Source of the DNA: Campylobacterales bacterium
GTDB lineage: Bacteria; Campylobacterota; Campylobacteria; Campylobacterales; Sulfurimonadaceae
Assembly (NCBI GenBank): GCA_038205935.1
Contig: JBBRBK010000056.1
Location: 1 to 12,404, forward strand
Direction of reading: 5' to 3'
DNA length: 12,404 nt
Positions 7,157-12,404 of the stretch are shown here, one piece after another (position 1 is the stretch's first letter; each line of letters begins with the position of its first letter). Under the pieces are notes generated by a model. The model was not told where the DNA came from. It saw only the letters and a program-made list of their open reading frames with translations, and did not search any database. The position numbers and the translations under genes were made by a program.

Positions 7157-7705
7157 ATGCTTATTGTCGGACTTGGAAACCCAGGTTCGGCGTACGCTAG
7201 TACACGCCATAATATCGGTTTTATGGTTATTGATGAGCTAGTGCGAAGAACTTCTGCAACTCCTATTTCAAAAGCCTCATTCGAAGGTGAACTTTTCAAA
7301 TCAAAAGACAATTATCTTTTAAAACCTATGACTTTTATGAATATCTCCGGTCGTTCTATTGTAACTGTAAAGAATTTTTATAAAATTGATAAAGTTTTAG
7401 TAATTCACGATGATCTTGATCTTCCTTTTGGTGCTTTACGTTTCAAATTTGCAGGTGGTCACGGTGGTCATAATGGACTCAAATCAACGGACGAAGCAAT
7501 ATCTAAAGAGTATGCAAGAGTGAGAATGGGGATTGGAAAACCAACCCACAAAGGGGAAGTTTCTTCTTTTGTGTTAGCTCCATTTACAGAGGATGAAAAA
7601 CAGCATCTAGATAAATGGATTTCCACGGCCGTAGATGCAATCGAAAAACTCCAAACGATGAGTTTTGATGATGTCTCTTCACAATACTCTATAAAACAGA
7701 TTTAG
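7157..7705 (+). CDS. pth: Peptidyl-tRNA hydrolase
   Basis: LIVGLGNPG..YASTRHNIGF, LLKPMTFMNISG, VIHDDLDLPFG, GGHNGLKS, RVRMGIGKP. Confidence 0.97.
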   Translation: MLIVGLGNPGSAYASTRHNIGFMVIDELVRRTSATPISKASFEGELFKSKDNYLLKPMTFMNISGRSIVTVKNFYKIDKVLVIHDDLDLPFGALRFKFAGGHGGHNGLKSTDEAISKEYARVRMGIGKPTHKGEVSSFVLAPFTEDEKQHLDKWISTAVDAIEKLQTMSFDDVSSQYSIKQI

Positions 7706-7718
7706 ATACAATTGCCTT

Positions 7719-8783
7719 ATGCTAGCATTTAAATACATCTCTTTTCATTATCTGAAATATTTTTTTATTATATTGATTGCGCTTATCATGTTTATGGTGG
7801 GTTTTGATTATCTTCAAAACGTCAATGATCTTCCAAAATCTGCAAATATACTATTGATTTATTTGGTTTACAGAGTCTTTTTTGCCATAGATATGCTTCT
7901 TCCGCTAGCTCTTGTTTTTGCGATGATATCGACAAAAATTTATCTTATACGAAGTAATGCTCTTGTCTCATTCTATTCCCTTGGATATTCAAGAACAGAT
8001 GTATTAAAACCTTTTATTTATGTTTCTACTTTGATTATTCTTTTGTTTATATCCGCGCATGCAACAAATTTTGCAAGAGCCGATGAGTTCGCAAACAATA
8101 TTCGAAAAACACAGCAGTATTTGAACCCAACGCGTGATCTTTTCTTTACATATGAAGATAAATATATCTATTTTGGACAACTTTCTCCTTTACAAAAAAA
8201 GGCAACAGACGTCAGAGTTTTTTCTGTTGAAAATGGTAATTTAAAAGAGATGATAAGTTCGACAGAAGCTCTTTATCGAGATGGCGATTGGCACTTAAAA
8301 GATGCACATATTATGAAAAAACCAAGCATAGTAGGTCCTATAAAAAATGGTATTGAGATGTCTAATGTGCCAGATCTCGCAATGTTACATGATTTTAAAC
8401 CAAAGATTTTGGATCAGGTTTATGAGGGAAAAGTGAATTTTACGATTGGTGATGCTGTAGATGCACTTTATCTTTTTCAAAATCAGAAGATCAATACTTC
8501 TCAGATAAAAAGTTCACTTTACAAGATATTTATCTATCCATTTTTTGTCCCCGCACTGATAGTTATTATATTTTTCTTTGTTCCTACAAGTGGGAGATTT
8601 TTGAATGTTTCGCTCTTTAGTTTTGCTGCCATTTTATCTACTCTTGTTGTCTGGGGAGTTATTTTTATGATGATTGAATACGCAAACAATAAAACTGTCT
8701 CCAGTGAAGTAGGTATTGTTTTACCTGTTTTTATCCTTTTAATTCTCTCGATGGTTCAGTACAAACGTTTTAATATCCGATAA
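7719..8783 (+). CDS. LptF/LptG (YjgP/YjgQ) family LPS export permease
   Basis: Three hydrophobic segments, a soluble central domain, then three more hydrophobic segments. Motifs LLPLALVFA and SNALVSFYSLGYS resemble the family SEL..+.a.G.S motif. 354 aa; follows pth as in Campylobacter/Helicobacter. Confidence 0.85.
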   Translation: MLAFKYISFHYLKYFFIILIALIMFMVGFDYLQNVNDLPKSANILLIYLVYRVFFAIDMLLPLALVFAMISTKIYLIRSNALVSFYSLGYSRTDVLKPFIYVSTLIILLFISAHATNFARADEFANNIRKTQQYLNPTRDLFFTYEDKYIYFGQLSPLQKKATDVRVFSVENGNLKEMISSTEALYRDGDWHLKDAHIMKKPSIVGPIKNGIEMSNVPDLAMLHDFKPKILDQVYEGKVNFTIGDAVDALYLFQNQKINTSQIKSSLYKIFIYPFFVPALIVIIFFFVPTSGRFLNVSLFSFAAILSTLVVWGVIFMMIEYANNKTVSSEVGIVLPVFILLILSMVQYKRFNIR

Positions 8784-8798
8784 ATCACAGAGATGCTC

Positions 8799-8820
8799 TT
8801 AAGCAAATTTTGGATAAAAT
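8799..8820 (+). promoter_or_regulatory. Putative RpoD promoter of lysA-HAD-pheA-hisC
   Basis: TTAAGC (8799-8804), a 10-nt spacer, then TAAAAT (8815-8820). RBS AGGA at 8832-8835 before GTG 8842. Confidence 0.6.
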
Positions 8821-8841
8821 CAAAAAAAAATAGGAATTTTA

Positions 8842-10059
8842 GTGATAAATTTTCAAGAATTAGCGGATAAATATAAAACTCCACTTTATGTATATGATTT
8901 TGATTATATGAAAGATCAGTACACTGCGTTAAAAGAAGCTTTTAGAGGTAAAAAATCTCTTCTCTCTTACGCTGTAAAAGCAAACTCAAATTTGAGTGTC
9001 GTTCAAAATTTTGCTCGTCTTGGAAGCGGTGCAGACTGTGTTTCTATCGGCGAAGTGAGACGTGCTTTGATGGCCGGTATTCCTCCATATAAAATCCTTT
9101 TTAGCGGTGTTGGAAAGCAAGATGATGAGATACAAGAAGCGATAGAACATGATATTTTATATATCAATGCAGAGAGCATCGCAGAACTTGAACGCATCGA
9201 TATGATCTCTAAAAAACTGGATAAAGTTTGTCGTATTAGTGTGCGAGTAAATCCAAATATCGATCCTAAAACACATCCTTATATCTCAACGGGTCTGAGT
9301 GCAAACAAATTTGGTGTAGATATTGACAGTGCAAAACGTATGTATATTTTTGCAAAAAATTCTTCACATCTTGATCCAGTTGGAATCCACTTTCACATCG
9401 GCAGCCAGCTTACAGAACTAGAGCCTATTCGTGAGTCTGCTATCATCGTTGCAGACCTTGTTCGCTCGTTACGAGTAATTGATGTTGATCTCAAATTTTT
9501 TGATATCGGTGGCGGACTTGGCGTTGTTTACAAAGATGAAACAACGATCACTCCTTATGATTATGCGCAAGCAATTCTCTCGACTTTAACTGGGCTTGAT
9601 TTGACGATCGTGTGTGAACCTGGACGTTATCTTACAGCAAATGCAGGTTACTTTTTGACTCGTGTTTTATATGAGAAAAAAAATAAAGATAAGCGTTTTA
9701 TCATCGTAGATGGCGCGATGAACGACCTTATCCGTCCGAGTCTTTACAATGCTTATCATAAAATAGAATCCCTAAAAGACGAGGGTGAAACAACAAAAGC
9801 GGATATCGTGGGACCTGTTTGTGAAAGCGGTGACTTTTTGGCAAAAGATTATGAACTTCCTTCCCTTTCTCATAATGATTTATTGATCGTACACAGTGCC
9901 GGATCATACGGTTTTGGTATGGGAAGCAACTATAACACTCGCGGACGTAGTGCTGAAATAGCGGTCGAAAACGGAGTGGATAGAATGATTCGTCAGCGTG
10001 AGACCTTTGAAGATATCATCGCGTTAGAAAAAGATTTTTTACAAGAAAATAATGAATAA
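8842..10059 (+). CDS. lysA: Diaminopimelate decarboxylase
   Basis: TPLYVYD, PLP Lys in YAVKANSN, GADCVSIGE, THPYISTG...NKFG, HFHIGSQ, DIGGGLG, EPGR, RPSLY, GPVCESGD, MGSNYN. Confidence 0.97.
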   Translation: MINFQELADKYKTPLYVYDFDYMKDQYTALKEAFRGKKSLLSYAVKANSNLSVVQNFARLGSGADCVSIGEVRRALMAGIPPYKILFSGVGKQDDEIQEAIEHDILYINAESIAELERIDMISKKLDKVCRISVRVNPNIDPKTHPYISTGLSANKFGVDIDSAKRMYIFAKNSSHLDPVGIHFHIGSQLTELEPIRESAIIVADLVRSLRVIDVDLKFFDIGGGLGVVYKDETTITPYDYAQAILSTLTGLDLTIVCEPGRYLTANAGYFLTRVLYEKKNKDKRFIIVDGAMNDLIRPSLYNAYHKIESLKDEGETTKADIVGPVCESGDFLAKDYELPSLSHNDLLIVHSAGSYGFGMGSNYNTRGRSAEIAVENGVDRMIRQRETFEDIIALEKDFLQENNE

Positions 10060-10061
10060 AA

Positions 10062-10865
10062 ATGAATAATATCAAGATGCAAAAAGCCTACTTTATTGAT
10101 GTTCAGGGGACTTTGATTTGTGATGATAAAAAATTGCCTATTCGTGGGAGTACAGAGTTTATAGAAAATCTCAATGCTCAAAATATTCCCTACATGGTGA
10201 TCACGAATAATACAAAACATGCAAGTGATGCGTTTTTAAATTATCTTCATAGCGTTAGATTAAATATCAAAAAAGAGCATTATCTTGATCCTTTGATGCT
10301 CTTAGAAAGTAAGCTCAATAAAGACCAAGGTTTAGCAGCGTATGGAACCAAAGAGTTTTTAGATGTGCTTATTGGTATGGGATATTCTTTAGATTATGAA
10401 AATCCAAAAACTGTTTTAGTATCGATAAAAAATGATTATAATTCTGAAGAATATGCACAAATCATCGACTTTTTACTTAGCGGTGCAAAACTTGTAGGGA
10501 TGCATGAGACGACGATCTATGCAAAAAATAAGAAAAGATACCCGGGAGTGGGAGCGATACTAAAGATGCTTTCATTTGCAACTTCCGTGCCATATGAAGT
10601 TGTTGGAAAACCGAGTGATAATTTTTATAAAGAAGCTCTGAGAAAAATTCAAGAACAAAGTTCTAACATAGCGTTTACAGATATCACCATTATCAGTGAT
10701 GATGTAAAAGGTGATCTGAGCGGTGCGGCGATCTTTGGTATGAAAACTGTGTTTGTGTTAAGTGGAAAGTACAAAAAAGCTTCTGAGATTATTCCCTTTT
10801 TAAAAGATGAGGAAAAACCAGATGAAGTATTCTCTGATATGCAAGAAGTGATGGAGAAATTATGA
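10062..10865 (+). CDS. HAD-superfamily subfamily IIA (NagD-like) hydrolase
   Basis: Motif I FIDVQGTL, motif II ITNNT, motif III VVGKPS, motif IV ISDDVKGDL..A..FGM.TVFVLSGK. The start could alternatively be ATG 10077. Confidence 0.85.
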   Translation: MNNIKMQKAYFIDVQGTLICDDKKLPIRGSTEFIENLNAQNIPYMVITNNTKHASDAFLNYLHSVRLNIKKEHYLDPLMLLESKLNKDQGLAAYGTKEFLDVLIGMGYSLDYENPKTVLVSIKNDYNSEEYAQIIDFLLSGAKLVGMHETTIYAKNKKRYPGVGAILKMLSFATSVPYEVVGKPSDNFYKEALRKIQEQSSNIAFTDITIISDDVKGDLSGAAIFGMKTVFVLSGKYKKASEIIPFLKDEEKPDEVFSDMQEVMEKL

Positions 10866-11950
10866 AAACATTAGAAGAGTGCAGAACAAGAATTGACGCT
10901 ATTGATGATCAGATTTTAGAGCTTTTAAATAGCCGTATGCAAGTAGTTGTACGCGTTGGTGAGATCAAAAATGAAACGGGTGGTGCGATTTATAGACCTG
11001 AACGTGAAAAAGCGATCATCAAGCGTTTAAGTGGAAAAAATAAAAAAGAGAATGGTCTTTTGAATGACTCAGCTATTGAGGCAATTTACTTGGAAATTTT
11101 TGCTGTTGCTCGTAACCTTGAACTTCCAGAACGCATAGCCTATCTTGGGCCTGAGGGAAGCTTTACCCATCAAGCTGCTGAAAGCCGTTTTGGAGCAATG
11201 AGTTCTTATCTTTCTCTTAGTTCTATACAGTCTGTTTTTAAAACTATAGAAGCTGGACGAGCAAAGTTTGGCGTTGTTCCTATAGAAAACTCTCGTGATG
11301 GAGTTGTGGGAGAGACACTCGATTTGCTTGCAAAATCTTCACTTAAAATTGTCTCAGAACTCTATATGCCCATTCATATGGCATTTGCTTCAAAGGCAAG
11401 AGAGCTCAAAGATATCAAACGTATCTATTCAAAAGATAAGGGTTTTGGTCAGTGCCGAGAGTTTTTACAAGAACATGAACTTATAAACATTGAGCAAATT
11501 CCTGTAGAATCAACTGCAAAAGCAGCGATTTTAGCAGCAGCTGATCCCGAATCTGCAGCCATCTGTAGTCATATTGCCGCAAAATTGTATGGTGTGCCTA
11601 CAATGTTTGAAAATGTAGAAGATACTATAGATAATACGACTCGATTTGTAATATTGAGTGATTTTAAAAACGGTATCAGTAAAGATGACAAAACATCTGT
11701 TTTGGTTAAGCTCAAAGATCCACTCAAAGCTGGAGCTCTTGTAAACTTTTTACAAGACTTTAATGATGAAAAGATCAATCTTTCAAAAATAGAATCACGT
11801 CCTTCAAAAGAGAAAAATAAAATGGGATACTGGTTTTTTATCGACTTTTTTGGTCATATAGATGATGAAGCAGTTCAAAGAGTAATAGCAAAACACCCTA
11901 AAGAAGTCACATGGCTTGGAAGTTATGTAAAGGAAAAATATGGAATTTAA
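10862..11950 (+). CDS. pheA: Bifunctional chorismate mutase / prephenate dehydratase (P-protein)
   Basis: AroQ domain [22 protein letters not shown]...IYRPERE. PDT domain [31 protein letters not shown] domain [10 protein letters not shown]...FFIDF.GH. ATGA overlap with the HAD gene; GGAG RBS at 10853-10856. Confidence 0.96.
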   Translation: MKTLEECRTRIDAIDDQILELLNSRMQVVVRVGEIKNETGGAIYRPEREKAIIKRLSGKNKKENGLLNDSAIEAIYLEIFAVARNLELPERIAYLGPEGSFTHQAAESRFGAMSSYLSLSSIQSVFKTIEAGRAKFGVVPIENSRDGVVGETLDLLAKSSLKIVSELYMPIHMAFASKARELKDIKRIYSKDKGFGQCREFLQEHELINIEQIPVESTAKAAILAAADPESAAICSHIAAKLYGVPTMFENVEDTIDNTTRFVILSDFKNGISKDDKTSVLVKLKDPLKAGALVNFLQDFNDEKINLSKIESRPSKEKNKMGYWFFIDFFGHIDDEAVQRVIAKHPKEVTWLGSYVKEKYGI

Positions 11951-12404
11951 TAAACATTTAGCAGATATAAAAAGTTATGAAGCAGGTAAGCCGATAGAAC
12001 TTGTTGTAAGAGAATATGGAATTGACCCAAAAGATATCGTGAAGCTTGCAAGCAATGAAAATCCTTTTGGATGTTCTCAAAAAGTGCAAGATGCTGTTTC
12101 AAGCATTGTAAAAAATATGGCTTTGTATCCAGATGACTCGATGTTAAAGCTCAAAAATGCCCTTGCAAAAAAATATGATGTTGACGTTAAAAATATTATT
12201 ATCGGTTCTGGAAGCGATCAAGTTATCGAATTTTTGATCCATGCAAAAGCTATGAATAATTCAACTGTACTTATGAATAGCGTTACTTTTGCGATGTATG
12301 AGATTTATGCAAAACAAGTGGGTGCTAAGATCGTAAGAACGACTTCTCAAGAGCATAATATGGATGAGTTTTATGCACTTTATAAAGAGCATAAACCATC
12401 AGTT
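11940..12404 (+). CDS. hisC: Histidinol-phosphate aminotransferase, N-terminal part; 3'-truncated by the window edge and not in the ORF track
   Basis: Manual translation from ATG 11940: [44 protein letters not shown]...LYPDD...[14 protein letters not shown]...TFAMYEIYA, open to the window end. RBS AAGGA at 11930-11934; overlaps the pheA stop by 11 nt. Confidence 0.93.
   Translation, partial: MEFNKHLADIKSYEAGKPIELVVREYGIDPKDIVKLASNENPFGCSQKVQDAVSSIVKNMALYPDDSMLKLKNALAKKYDVDVKNIIIGSGSDQVIEFLIHAKAMNNSTVLMNSVTFAMYEIYAKQVGAKIVRTTSQEHNMDEFYALYKEHKPSV

Noticed and set aside
7719..8783. Single lptF/G gene without its partner as a novelty
   Set aside because: Dispersed lpt genes, with one downstream of pth, are the usual Campylobacter/Helicobacter arrangement.
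8784..8841. Lysine riboswitch or attenuator before lysA
   Set aside because: The gap is only 58 nt, is occupied by promoter and RBS, and shows no suitable stems.
121..11778. Short ORFs in the track: minus-strand ones such as 121-381, 903-1097, 2176-2427, 2739-3002, 6908-7210 and 9003-9197, plus the +-strand 5817-6050 and 11295-11486
   Set aside because: All lie mostly or wholly within well-supported genes, have no recognisable motifs, and look like shadow ORFs.
1..12404. CRISPR arrays, IS elements, prophage, tRNA/rRNA or defence genes
   Set aside because: No repeat-spacer pattern, terminal inverted repeats, transposase, integrase or nuclease motifs, or RNA-gene signatures were seen; coding density is very high.

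Overview
An AT-rich bacterial chromosomal window with 14 CDSs, all on the + strand. Gene order, protein style and promoter signature (a -10 box with an upstream TTAAG-like element and AAGGA/AGGA ribosome-binding sites) point to Campylobacterota, probably Sulfurimonas/Sulfuricurvum-like; this taxonomy is inferred. Order: clpA (3' part), aat, a secreted YSC84/SYLF-like protein, a DUF3015-like small secreted protein, a DUF4105/Lnb_N-like protein with a probable C-terminal beta-barrel, tal, a PilT/PilU-family ATPase, rplY, pth, an LptF/LptG permease, lysA, a HAD-IIA hydrolase, pheA, and hisC (5' part, absent from the ORF track). Most of the window is conserved housekeeping. The most interesting part is 1294-4323, a block of three exported proteins of poorly known function. 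In it, the DUF3015-like gene has its own promoter, a strong RBS and an intrinsic terminator. The following His...Asn-Cys (permuted papain-like) enzyme gene appears to start at a non-canonical ATC codon (2506), which restores a complete signal peptide. I found no RNA genes, mobile elements or CRISPR arrays. Family assignments come from recalled motifs, not from database searches.
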